From an uncultured delta proteobacterium (lineage in GTDB: Bacteria > Myxococcota > Myxococcia > Myxococcales > Myxococcaceae), in assembly GCA_963796055.1 (NCBI GenBank), contig CAWCKH010000006.1, positions 1 to 64,000 of the forward strand: 64,000 nt of DNA, in the 5' to 3' direction. Within the stretch, counting starts at the first letter, position 1. Each line of letters opens with the position of its first letter. This document shows, piece by piece, positions 41,003 through 49,566 of this stretch. A program made the position numbers and the translations under genes. A model generated the notes under the pieces. It made no database searches, was not told the origin of the DNA, and worked only from the letters and a program-made list of their open reading frames with translations.

Positions 41003-41986
41003 TCAGAGCCCCAGCGCGGCGGCAGCGGCGGCGAGCGCCGTGCCCCATCCGCTGGACATCGTGGACAGGAGCGGGCCGAAGTCGGCGCGCTTGCCCGTGG
41101 AGACCGCCCGCGCACCCTTGAGGATGAGCGACTTGGCGGAGAGCGACACCAGGTCCAGCGCCGCAGCGGCTGTTTCGAGCGGGCGCTCGACGGCGGGCTG
41201 GAGCCAGCGGAGGTGGTGCGCCGCGAGATCCGCCGCCGACCCGAGCTGGCGCACGGTGGCGAAGGCGTAGAGGTGGTAGGTGGCCAGCGACTCCGGCCCC
41301 AGGCGGGCGACGGCGTCCGGGAAGCTCACCGCGAAGCGGGCGACCGGGTTCTCGCGGGGACGGCGGCGGAGGTGCGCGCGCGTGCACTCCAGCGCGAGGG
41401 CCATCAGCGCCTCGCGCGGCCGGAGGTGGAGGCTCTCCATGCGGACGAACTCGACGTACAGGGGAAGACGCCCGGGGTCTTCCGGCCCGTCGAGGTGGAA
41501 CAGCCCGCGGAAGTCCGCGCCCTCCAGCTCGAAGTACCCCGCATTGTGGAAGTACCCCAGCCGCTCCCTGCGGAGCTCGATGGCCTGAATTCCGATGGTG
41601 GTCTTGGTGTGCTGGGTCCGGTAGTCGGTTCCAGACGTGTCCGGCAGCCAGTGCGCGTCGACCTCGGCGAGCACCAGTCGTCCGCGGCGGACGAACTCCT
41701 CGATGTGCAGGTGGAGGGGCCGCCAGACGTTGAGCTCCTGAACGTCCACTCCGTGCAGCGCGGCGAGGTCGCCGTAGGTCTGCCTGAAGAAGGTGAACTG
41801 GTCCTCCTCGAAATCGAGGTCCAGGGTGCAGCCCAGTGCCGCCAGCGGGTCGTGGCCGCAGGAGTGAAGCACCTCGATCCACAGGTCCGCGAAGCAGTTC
41901 GTCTCCGGCCAGGGGCGATCACCCTGGTGCAGCGCGTGACGCACGTACGCGCTGGCGGACAGCGGCTGGAGCGCGGTGGCGATCAT
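41003..41986 (-). CDS. DUF1839 family protein
   Basis: WPETNCFADLWIEVLH, DFEEDQFTFF, EVDAHWLPDT.GTDY...H.KTT, YFHNAGY, FATVRQLG. Confidence 0.88.
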   Translation of the reverse strand: MIATALQPLSASAYVRHALHQGDRPWPETNCFADLWIEVLHSCGHDPLAALGCTLDLDFEEDQFTFFRQTYGDLAALHGVDVQELNVWRPLHLHIEEFVRRGRLVLAEVDAHWLPDTSGTDYRTQHTKTTIGIQAIELRRERLGYFHNAGYFELEGADFRGLFHLDGPEDPGRLPLYVEFVRMESLHLRPREALMALALECTRAHLRRRPRENPVARFAVSFPDAVARLGPESLATYHLYAFATVRQLGSAADLAAHHLRWLQPAVERPLETAAAALDLVSLSAKSLILKGARAVSTGKRADFGPLLSTMSSGWGTALAAAAAALGL

Positions 41987-42891
41987 CGGTCCAGCACGGC
42001 CCGGACCGTCACCGGCCACTCCCGCAGATCGAGCCCGTGCCGACGGAACAGAGCCAGCGTCACCCGCTCGAGCCCGAACCCGAGGCAGGCGGTGTGCGCC
42101 GGGCTTCCCTCGGGCAGCGAGATCTCGAACAGCTTTCCGAAGTGTTCCTGGTGGTAGTTGAAGGAGCAGATCGCCGTCGGCTCCTCCGACGCGATCGGCA
42201 CCACGATCTCGAACTTGAAGCCCTGCTCCCGCTGGCTGGCGGCGAGCATCTTCCCCGCCCGGCCGAAGAACGGGTCCGAGGCGTGAACCGCCCGGGCATC
42301 GAGCCCGAGTGAGCCGAGCAGTGCGAGCGAGCGCTCCAGCCACGCCGCGCGCCACTCGAGCACCGCCTCGGGGCGCCCCACCCGGATGACCTCGTGCATC
42401 CGGAACAGCTGCAGGCGCGCCGGATCACCGGACGGCTCGTGGCGGAAGCAGTGGTTCTGCACCTCGAGCGTGCGCCCCCCCTCAGGCAGGACGCCGCGGA
42501 GCGTCGGGTACACCGGGTAGCAGGCGGCCGGAGTGAGCGCGACGTCGGTCGGGGTCTGCAGCTCGGCCCACGGCTCGCCGGCAGTCGCGCGCCGGCTCAG
42601 CTCCCGCGCCTGCGCCTCGGTGCCGGTGAAGGAGAAGACCGTGCCCGCGAGGTGGGGGAACGAGTCCAGGTAGCCGGTGCATTCCAGCAGCCGACGGGGG
42701 ATCACCGGCGGGAAGTGGAGACGCTCGGCGCCGTCCGCCGCGGCGAGCTCGGCCACCCGGGAATCGAACCGCCGGAGCACCGACTCGAACGTCTCGCTCC
42801 GCGCCCACACCCCCGGCACCCCCGAAGGGACGATGAGCCGGGCCCGGACCAGCTCCTCGTGGAACGCCAGCTGCCCGGGGGTGGTGGACAC
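41983..42891 (-). CDS. Amino acid--[acyl-carrier-protein] ligase (SerRS catalytic-domain homolog)
   Basis: GYLDSFPHLAG, PAACYPVY, motif 2 FRHEPS...RLQLFRMHE, DPFFGR, motif 3 HTACLGFGLER; no tRNA-binding domain; adjacent to an ACP. Confidence 0.92.
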   Translation of the reverse strand: MSTTPGQLAFHEELVRARLIVPSGVPGVWARSETFESVLRRFDSRVAELAAADGAERLHFPPVIPRRLLECTGYLDSFPHLAGTVFSFTGTEAQARELSRRATAGEPWAELQTPTDVALTPAACYPVYPTLRGVLPEGGRTLEVQNHCFRHEPSGDPARLQLFRMHEVIRVGRPEAVLEWRAAWLERSLALLGSLGLDARAVHASDPFFGRAGKMLAASQREQGFKFEIVVPIASEEPTAICSFNYHQEHFGKLFEISLPEGSPAHTACLGFGLERVTLALFRRHGLDLREWPVTVRAVLDR

Positions 42892-42894
42892 GCG

Positions 42895-44083
42895 CTAGAA
42901 TCTCCTTCTGGACCAGGAGCACCGAGGCGTTCGCGGCGTAGAGCCGGTCGTTGGCCACCATGAGCGAAGCGCTCAACGCGTCCCGCAGCTGGCGCCCGAC
43001 ACTGAACGGCGAGTCGTTCTTGTAGCCGTTGATCCCGCAGATCTGGAGCCCGGCCTCGACGATGCGAGTGACCGCATGCGAGGCGTTGATCTTGAGATTG
43101 TTGATCCGGAGCGCGAAGGCCATCCCCGACAGCTCGCCCGAGCGGCTCGGGTCTTCGCGCAGCTCCTGGTACTCGGCCGCCATCGCCGAGAGGGAGGCAC
43201 GCATCGCCTGGAGCTCGGCGTGCACCTCGGCCAGCCGCAGGGCGGACGGAGGCGTGGTGCCGGGCTTCTTCCGGGCCTCGCCGCGCACGGAGGCCGCGGC
43301 CCGGTCGACGGCGCTGGTGGCGATGCCGGTCCACACCGCGCCCCACAGGAGATGCGAAACCGGGACCATGGTCTCGGCGCCGATGTCCGCGAAGGGAACC
43401 GGGAGGATCTGCTCCACCGAGGCCACGCCTTCCACCAGCCCACCCGCTGAGCAGGTCCCGCGCATCCCCAGCGCATCCCAGGTCCCCAGCTGCTTCAGCT
43501 GGTAGTCCTCCTTCTGGAAGAGGAGGAGCACCTGGTCACCCGGCGCGGAGTCGGTGCTCGCCCGGGCAGTGACGAGGAGATCGTCGGCCTGCACGCCGTA
43601 GGAGATGGTGGTCGCGTCCTTGGTGAGGCGGAACCGCTCCCGCTGCCGCTCCACCGCGCAGACCGAGGTCCGCAGCCCGCCACCGACCCCCACCTCCGAG
43701 GTGACGGAGGCGATGAGCCGCTGGGAGGCCGAGACTCGGCGCAGGTACGCCGGGAACCAAGGGCTGGCGAGCCCGTGGTGCACCAGGCACGCGACCTCGA
43801 TCTGGTGCATGGCGAAGATCATCGCCGTGGAGGCGCAGTGCTCGGCGAGCACCTCGCACACCTCGATCAGCTCGCGGATCGAGCACCCACCGCCGCCGAG
43901 GCTCGTCGGCACGTACGCCGACAGGAGCCGGGCCTGGCGGAGCGCCCAGATCGCCTCCTCGGGAAAGCGGCCCTCGCGGTCGACGGCGTTGGCGTGGCGC
44001 GAGGCCACCGTTCTTCCGATCTCCTCGGCCCGCTCCCGCAGGGTCGCTTGGTCGGACGTCGCGGTTTCGGCGGCGTGAGGCAC
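42895..44083 (-). CDS. Acyl-CoA/acyl-ACP dehydrogenase; as sequenced the frame runs on to 42482
   Basis: VDREGRFP, STAMIFAMH, WDALGMRGTCS, ICGINGY, LRD; GAGGAG RBS before the GTG at 44083. Confidence 0.88.
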
Positions 44084-44121
44084 GGAGTGCTCCTCGAGGT
44101 TTCGGTGGGAGGGCGCCCCTG

Positions 44122-44376
44122 CTACGCGGCCCTGCTGCGCAGCTCGTCGAGCGCTGCCGCGATGGCGGAGATGCTCTCGAAGACGCTGCGGCGGAGCATC
44201 CGATCGGGAAACTCGACGTCGAAGTGCGCCTCCAGGGCGAGCATGACGTTGACACTGGCGTGCGAGGTCATGCCCGCTCGATAGAGGTCGTCTTCGGAAC
44301 GGATCTGCTCGATGGGGAGGGACAGCCTGCCATGCTTGCCGAGGATGGTTCGGATCGCGTCTTCCACGTGTCGCAA
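44122..44376 (-). CDS. Acyl/aminoacyl carrier protein
   Basis: DDLYRAGMTSHASVNVMLALEAHFDVEFPD (Ppant Ser in a TSH context); start may be the GTG at 44367. Confidence 0.92.
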   Translation of the reverse strand: MRHVEDAIRTILGKHGRLSLPIEQIRSEDDLYRAGMTSHASVNVMLALEAHFDVEFPDRMLRRSVFESISAIAAALDELRSRAA

Positions 44377-44493
44377 GATCGTCGCAAGGGAGGAGGGGAC
44401 CGGTCAACCTCTTCACGAGGCCGTGCGACATCCATTCCCGGTAATCCTCGGAGTGGGAGCGTGGCGGGTAATGCCCGACCCGGCGGATGGCAG

Positions 44494-45405
44494 TCAGCGC
44501 GCCCCACCGTCCGCGGTCCGAGACAGCGCGCGATCGAAGAATTCACCGAGCGCTGCATCGAGCCCGGTCGGATCGGCTTGGAAGAATCCACCATGCCCCG
44601 CACGCTGGGCGCGCCAGCGCAGGGAGTTCGGCACCTGGGCGGCGAGCGCGTCGTCGATCGCCGCCGGGGTATCGTCGTCGAGCGCTCCGGAGAGGAAGAG
44701 GAGCGGGCGAGGCGCGATGCGCCGGATCGCCTCCACCGGGCTGACCGCGCCGACGTCGACCCCGGAGAGACGGAAGACGCCGGCGGCCACCAGGGCCGAC
44801 TTCAGATGGGTCAGGGGGAAGCGGTGCCGGAGCTCGTCCCGCAGCGATGGCCATACCGGCCCGAGCGCCACGGCGCGGACGAGTGGATCGGCGGCGGCGC
44901 TCAGGGCCACGGTCGAGGCCCCGACCGAGAAGCCGTAGAGCCCGACGCGGGCCGGATCGACGCCCGGCCGGCTACGGACCCAGCGGAGCGCGGCCCCGAC
45001 GTCTCGCCGCTCCCGGTCTCCCCAGGTGGCCAGCGAGCCCTCGCTCGCACCGCTCGCGCGGGAGTCGAAGAGGAGCACCGAGTGACCGCGGCGAAGAAGG
45101 AGGGCCGCCTCGGGGAGGAGCTCGGCGCGGTTGGCCCCGAGCCCGTGCACCAGCACCACCGCCGAGCCCCTGCTTCCCGGAGCGTACCAGCCGCGGAGCA
45201 CGAGCCCATCCTCGGTGCGAAGCTCGGCCGGCTCGAGCCCCGGAAGGGAGCGGCGCGCCCCGGCGAGGTCCGCGTCCGTCGGCGGGCGGCGCTGCGGATG
45301 GAGGTCGCGGAGCGCCGCAGGGACGGTGTGCCAGGTCACGCTGACGACGAGGAGAATGGCGAACCCGGCCACCCACCCTGCAGCGCGGCTGAGCGGGCCA
45401 CCCAA
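44494..45405 (-). CDS. Membrane-anchored alpha/beta hydrolase
   Basis: N-terminal hydrophobic segment, VLVHG, GFSVG nucleophile elbow, C-terminal GH. Confidence 0.85.
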   Translation of the reverse strand: MGGPLSRAAGWVAGFAILLVVSVTWHTVPAALRDLHPQRRPPTDADLAGARRSLPGLEPAELRTEDGLVLRGWYAPGSRGSAVVLVHGLGANRAELLPEAALLLRRGHSVLLFDSRASGASEGSLATWGDRERRDVGAALRWVRSRPGVDPARVGLYGFSVGASTVALSAAADPLVRAVALGPVWPSLRDELRHRFPLTHLKSALVAAGVFRLSGVDVGAVSPVEAIRRIAPRPLLFLSGALDDDTPAAIDDALAAQVPNSLRWRAQRAGHGGFFQADPTGLDAALGEFFDRALSRTADGGAR

Positions 45406-45418
45406 GGCGGCGGAGCGC

Positions 45419-46780
45419 TCAGTGGCTACCGCGGCCGCTCACCACCGCGGGAACGGTCTTCAGGATGAGCCCGATGTCCTGACCCATGCTCCAGTGGTCG
45501 ATGTACTGGAGGTCGAGGTACATCCAGTCGTCGAAGGCGACGTTGTTACGTCCGCTGACCTGCCACAGACAGGTGAGCCCGGGCGGCACGGAGAGTCGGC
45601 GGTGCTGCCACGGCTCGTACTGCGCGACCTCCTGGGGAACGGGCGGACGGGGACCGACCAGGGTCATGTCCCCGCGGAGCACGTTCACCAGCTGCGGTAG
45701 CTCGTCGATGCTGTATTTGCGGAGGATGCGACCCAGCGGGGTGACCCGCGGATCGTGCTTCATCTTGAAGACCGGACCGCTCTGCTCGTTTTGCGCGAGG
45801 AGCTTCGCCTTCAGCTCCTCGGCGTTCGAGACCATGGAGCGAAACTTGAGCATGTTGAACTTCTTGCCGTGCAGCCCGACCCGGACCTGCCGGAAGAAGA
45901 CCGGGCCCCGCGAGGTGAGCTTCACCAGGGCGGCGATCACCAGCAGGAACGGGGAAAGCACCCAGAGCCCCGCCGCCGAGCCGGCGATGTCGAGGAGGCG
46001 CTTCAGCGCACGATGCTCTGGGCGCAGCACTCCGCCGGTCACGTAGTGGAGGAAGCCGTCGGCCACGGCCTTGCTCGCCACCGGCTGAGCCCTGCCGAGA
46101 CGAACGCTGTACGCGGGCAGCGCGAAGGGAACACCGTAGGTCTCGCAGACGTTCACCGCCTCCTGCACCGCGGCCTGCCGGTCGGGGAGACCGCAGAGGT
46201 ACACCTCGTCGAAGGCGCGGCCGTTGAGGACCTGGGGCAGCTCCCGCGCCAGACCGAGCACCTCGCCTCCGAGTGGCTTGGTGACCACCTCTCCCGGCCA
46301 GGTGAGGAAGCTGCAGACGGAGTCCTTGCGGCCGAGATCCTCACCGGTGATCCGGCCGAGGGGGCCCGCGCCGATGATCAGTATCTGCCGCTGCGCGCGT
46401 CCCTGACTCTGGAGAACGCCGTGGGCCGTCAGGCGCAGGAACACGAGGACAGGCAGAGCGACGGCGAGCATCGTCGCCACGCTCGGGGCGTCGCCTCCGA
46501 CGACGCGACCTCCGAGCCCGAGCACGGTCGCGACCGCGAGGAGGATGATGAGGGTGATGAGCAGGTCGTCGAGCAGCGGGCGCTCGCTTGCCGAACCGTA
46601 GTGACGCACCACCGAGCTCGTTCCCCAGAACACGAGCACCGCGCTGGCGACGGAGAGCGCCTGCACCAACCACGCGCCCCGCGTCGCGAGTAGCACCGCA
46701 GCCGAGAGCGCAGCGAGGTCGAGCCCGAGCGCGAGCTTCGCCGCAGGAGTCGGAGCGAATCGATGAATGCTGAGAATCAC
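45419..46780 (-). CDS. Polyisoprenyl-phosphate hexose-1-phosphate transferase (WcaJ/EpsZ-like priming sugar transferase)
   Basis: N-terminal TMs, KRLLDI, KFRSM, DPRVT, SIDELPQL.NVL.GDM.LVGPRP, PGLT. Confidence 0.93.
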   Translation of the reverse strand: MILSIHRFAPTPAAKLALGLDLAALSAAVLLATRGAWLVQALSVASAVLVFWGTSSVVRHYGSASERPLLDDLLITLIILLAVATVLGLGGRVVGGDAPSVATMLAVALPVLVFLRLTAHGVLQSQGRAQRQILIIGAGPLGRITGEDLGRKDSVCSFLTWPGEVVTKPLGGEVLGLARELPQVLNGRAFDEVYLCGLPDRQAAVQEAVNVCETYGVPFALPAYSVRLGRAQPVASKAVADGFLHYVTGGVLRPEHRALKRLLDIAGSAAGLWVLSPFLLVIAALVKLTSRGPVFFRQVRVGLHGKKFNMLKFRSMVSNAEELKAKLLAQNEQSGPVFKMKHDPRVTPLGRILRKYSIDELPQLVNVLRGDMTLVGPRPPVPQEVAQYEPWQHRRLSVPPGLTCLWQVSGRNNVAFDDWMYLDLQYIDHWSMGQDIGLILKTVPAVVSGRGSH

Positions 46781-46872
46781 TCCTCCTCCACGCGCAGCTC
46801 GTTTCAACGAGCGAGTTGGTCGACCTGTGGTGCCTCAGGCGACGGGCGCGGAGTCTTCCTCACCACCTCACA

Positions 46873-46895
46873 ACACACAAAGGTCTTTTGTGTGT
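46873..46895. promoter_or_regulatory. Palindromic candidate TF site in the divergent promoter region
   Basis: ACACACAAA-GGTCT-TTTGTGTGT, a perfect 9-bp inverted repeat. Confidence 0.5.
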
Positions 46896-47035
46896 CGCGT
46901 GCATGAGGTTTCGCACACCCAGGGTCGCCGTTGCCCGAGGTCGGAGCACCACGTCCGACCGGGCGTGACGCGATCACAATCCGTCGTGCACGTCGGATCG
47001 ACCGAAAGATCGGGTCGAGAATGACTCGGCAAGCA

Positions 47036-47079
47036 GCAGGTCCACGCTCGCGTTTGCGCAGGTCCACGCTCGCGTTTGC
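47036..47079. repeat. Exact 22-bp tandem duplication
   Basis: GCAGGTCCACGCTCGCGTTTGC twice; partial third AGGTCCAC at 47101. Confidence 0.9.
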
Positions 47080-47130
47080 TCGGCCCGCAGCGCACATGCT
47101 AGGTCCACCCCCGTTTCGAGGGAGGGAACC

Positions 47131-47751
47131 GTGGCGGACCGGGGTTCGGCGAGGCATTCGGAAGTGCTCGCCCTCACAGCACTTCTTGGACTGTGCGTCT
47201 CCACCGCCTGCGCCACGAGCGGCTCGTACACGTGGGTGAACGACTACGAGGAACCTCCAATGACCGGGCAGTCCGAGTACATCATCCAGCCCGGCGACGT
47301 GGTGCAGATCCGGGTCTTCAACCAGCCGGACATGTCGACCAAGGCGCGGGTCCGGGACGACGGAAAGATTTCCATCCCCTTCCTCAATGACGTGGTGGTT
47401 GCCGGTACGGAACCCAACGCCCTCGCGAAGCAGCTGCAGGCAAAGCTCAAAGAATTCATCAATGCGCCGGTGGTCACGGTCTCTCTTGAGGAGGCGCGGC
47501 CCTTCCAGGTCGCGGTGATGGGCGAGCTGGTGAAGCCGGGGCTGTACCAGGTGCCGCCGGGGGCCGGCGTGCTCCAGGCCCTGGCCGCCGCCAGCGGCTT
47601 CAACCAGTACGCGTCCCGGGACCGCATCTTCGTGGTGCGCGACGCGCCAGCGCGAGCCCGGATTCGCTTCACCTATGAGCAGCTGAGCCAGGCCGAGGGA
47701 AAAGCGGCGACCTTCCGGCTCCGGCCGGGAGACAGCGTGGTCGTCGAGTAG
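47131..47751 (+). CDS. Short OPX/Wza-type polysaccharide export protein (EpsY-like)
   Basis: YIIQPGD, VRDDGKISIPF, VMGELVKPG, ends LRPGDSVVVE with no C-terminal OM helix. Confidence 0.9.
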   Translation: MADRGSARHSEVLALTALLGLCVSTACATSGSYTWVNDYEEPPMTGQSEYIIQPGDVVQIRVFNQPDMSTKARVRDDGKISIPFLNDVVVAGTEPNALAKQLQAKLKEFINAPVVTVSLEEARPFQVAVMGELVKPGLYQVPPGAGVLQALAAASGFNQYASRDRIFVVRDAPARARIRFTYEQLSQAEGKAATFRLRPGDSVVVE

Positions 47752-47758
47752 AGCCTCG

Positions 47759-49066
47759 ATGGGCGTGGTCTCGTCCGGTCTGTTGGCGCTGGTGTTGCTG
47801 CAGGCCGATCCGGTCCTGAGCACCACTCCGATCGTCGCCCGGGACGCGGAGCTGCCGCCGGAGCCGGTCCGGTTCAGCGCCGGCGTCCGCGCCGAGGTCC
47901 GGTCCGGTCACCCGAACGCGAGCATCCCCTCGGCGACCACTGATCTTGAGATCGATCCGACGGTGGGCGTGCGCCTCCCGGGCTCCACGAGCTCGCTGAC
48001 GGTGAGCTACGACCCTCGCATCTTCATCGTCGCCAGCTCGACCACCGCCGCGCCCGGCTCCACGGCCCGGAAGGTCTCCTATCTCCACCGGGGGTACCTC
48101 TCCGCGGACCACACGATCCGCTCTCGATGGAAGCTCTATTTCAACGGCCGGGGGGCCTACGGGGACTACGACTTCCTGCCGCTGAGCACGGTGGTCCCCG
48201 GCGTTGGCCAGCCCTCCTCCCCCGGCAACCCAGTGCCCGGCTCGCCGACGACGCCGGGGGTCCCCATCCCCGGGGTGGGAAGCCTGCCCGACGTGCGTTT
48301 CCTGAAGGTGGTGGAGCTCGTGGGCGGCGCCGGGGTGGTCCACACCTTCTCGCCCACCCTGTCCTGGCGACTGGCCGGCGGCTACTCGGTCGCCGGCGGC
48401 GCCAACAGCGATGCACAGGCCACCCTGCCGCTGCAGAAGGGTCCGATGGGGAGCACCGGTCCGGAGTGGGCGGTCGGCCCCAACGATTCCGTCACCGCGC
48501 TGCTCAACGCCAGTTACAGCAAGTTCATTGGCCCGCAGTTCAGTACGGCACCGACCGCCACCCTCCTCGACCTGACCGTGGACTGGAGCCACCGCTGGAG
48601 TCCATCCTGGCAGACGGACCTGTTCGCCGGGGCGAGCGGCTTCCACGCCACCGGGCCGGGGCGGCCCGTGAAGAACTCGGTGCTTCCGATCGGCGGGTTC
48701 ATCGTCACCCATGTCCTGTACGGCCATACGGGAAACGTGCGGAACACGCTCCAGGTCCGGGCCGTTCCACTCCCCGACCGCCTCAACGGCATCGTCTATG
48801 AACGGTTGGAGGCCATCCTCATCAGCTCCCTTCCTCTGGTGGAACGGCTCTGGCTGGACACCAGCGGTGGAGCCGCGCTGGCTCCTTCCATCGACCAGGT
48901 GGACATCCGGGTGGAGGCGCGCCTGAGCTACGCTTTCACCCGGCAGCTGGGGGTCTCCATCGGGATGCGAGCCGCCTGGCTCGAGGGGTCCACCCTGCTC
49001 GGCCCCAGTGGCTTCGGCTGGCTGGGCTTCCTCAATCTCACGGCCTTCGCCGTCGGACCCCTGTGA
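47759..49066 (+). CDS. Putative outer-membrane beta-barrel partner of OPX (EpsX/Wzp-like)
   Basis: Signal-like N-terminus, alternating amphipathic strand pattern, position right after the short OPX. Confidence 0.65.
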   Translation: MGVVSSGLLALVLLQADPVLSTTPIVARDAELPPEPVRFSAGVRAEVRSGHPNASIPSATTDLEIDPTVGVRLPGSTSSLTVSYDPRIFIVASSTTAAPGSTARKVSYLHRGYLSADHTIRSRWKLYFNGRGAYGDYDFLPLSTVVPGVGQPSSPGNPVPGSPTTPGVPIPGVGSLPDVRFLKVVELVGGAGVVHTFSPTLSWRLAGGYSVAGGANSDAQATLPLQKGPMGSTGPEWAVGPNDSVTALLNASYSKFIGPQFSTAPTATLLDLTVDWSHRWSPSWQTDLFAGASGFHATGPGRPVKNSVLPIGGFIVTHVLYGHTGNVRNTLQVRAVPLPDRLNGIVYERLEAILISSLPLVERLWLDTSGGAALAPSIDQVDIRVEARLSYAFTRQLGVSIGMRAAWLEGSTLLGPSGFGWLGFLNLTAFAVGPL

Positions 49067-49152
49067 GCACCACCCCTTCCGGGAATCGCCCGGGCCGACT
49101 GGCACCCGAGGCCGAGGCGTGGTCCGATGGGAGGGAGCGTCGTTTGGCGAGC

Positions 49153-49566
49153 ATGGATGATGGCGTGATCGAGCGTCGAAGGGCCCTGGTCGTCGAGGAC
49201 AATCCCGACGCACGCGCCCTGGTCAGGACCTACCTCCGGAAGATGGACTTCGAGGTGGTCGAGGCGGCCGAGGGCCGTTCGGCCATCCGGGCCCTGGCGA
49301 GCTCGCGCCCGGATCTGGTCTGCCTCGATCTCATGCTGCCGGAGCTGAGCGGGTTCGAGGTCTGCGAGTACATGCGGTCCCAGCCCGAACTCCGGGACGT
49401 TCCGATCCTGGTGATGAGCGCCCGGGCCAAGCCGATGGACCGCGCCTTCGCCGAGGAGGTCGGCGCCACGGCCTACCTCATCAAGCCCTTCAAGCTCAGC
49501 GAGCTCAGCCGGGCGGTGGCGGCGTGCATCGCGCGCGCAACGCCGGCCAACGGGGACTCGACGTGA
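49153..49566 (+). CDS. Single-domain response regulator (EpsW-like position)
   Basis: VVED, LDLMLP (Asp intact), MSA, KPF. Confidence 0.9.
   Translation: MDDGVIERRRALVVEDNPDARALVRTYLRKMDFEVVEAAEGRSAIRALASSRPDLVCLDLMLPELSGFEVCEYMRSQPELRDVPILVMSARAKPMDRAFAEEVGATAYLIKPFKLSELSRAVAACIARATPANGDST

Noticed and set aside
38582..42157. 1191-aa plus-strand ORF, and similar long ORFs such as 26063-28876 and 32694-35276
   Set aside because: Stop-poor antisense frames typical of high-GC DNA, opposite well-supported genes
41983..42891. Annotation as a true seryl-tRNA synthetase
   Set aside because: Only 302 aa with no tRNA-binding domain, and clustered with an ACP
46995..47020. CGAAAG-containing hairpin as a c-di-GMP riboswitch
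   Set aside because: Lacks the flanking GCAAAC and GACGCAAAGC elements and the second stem
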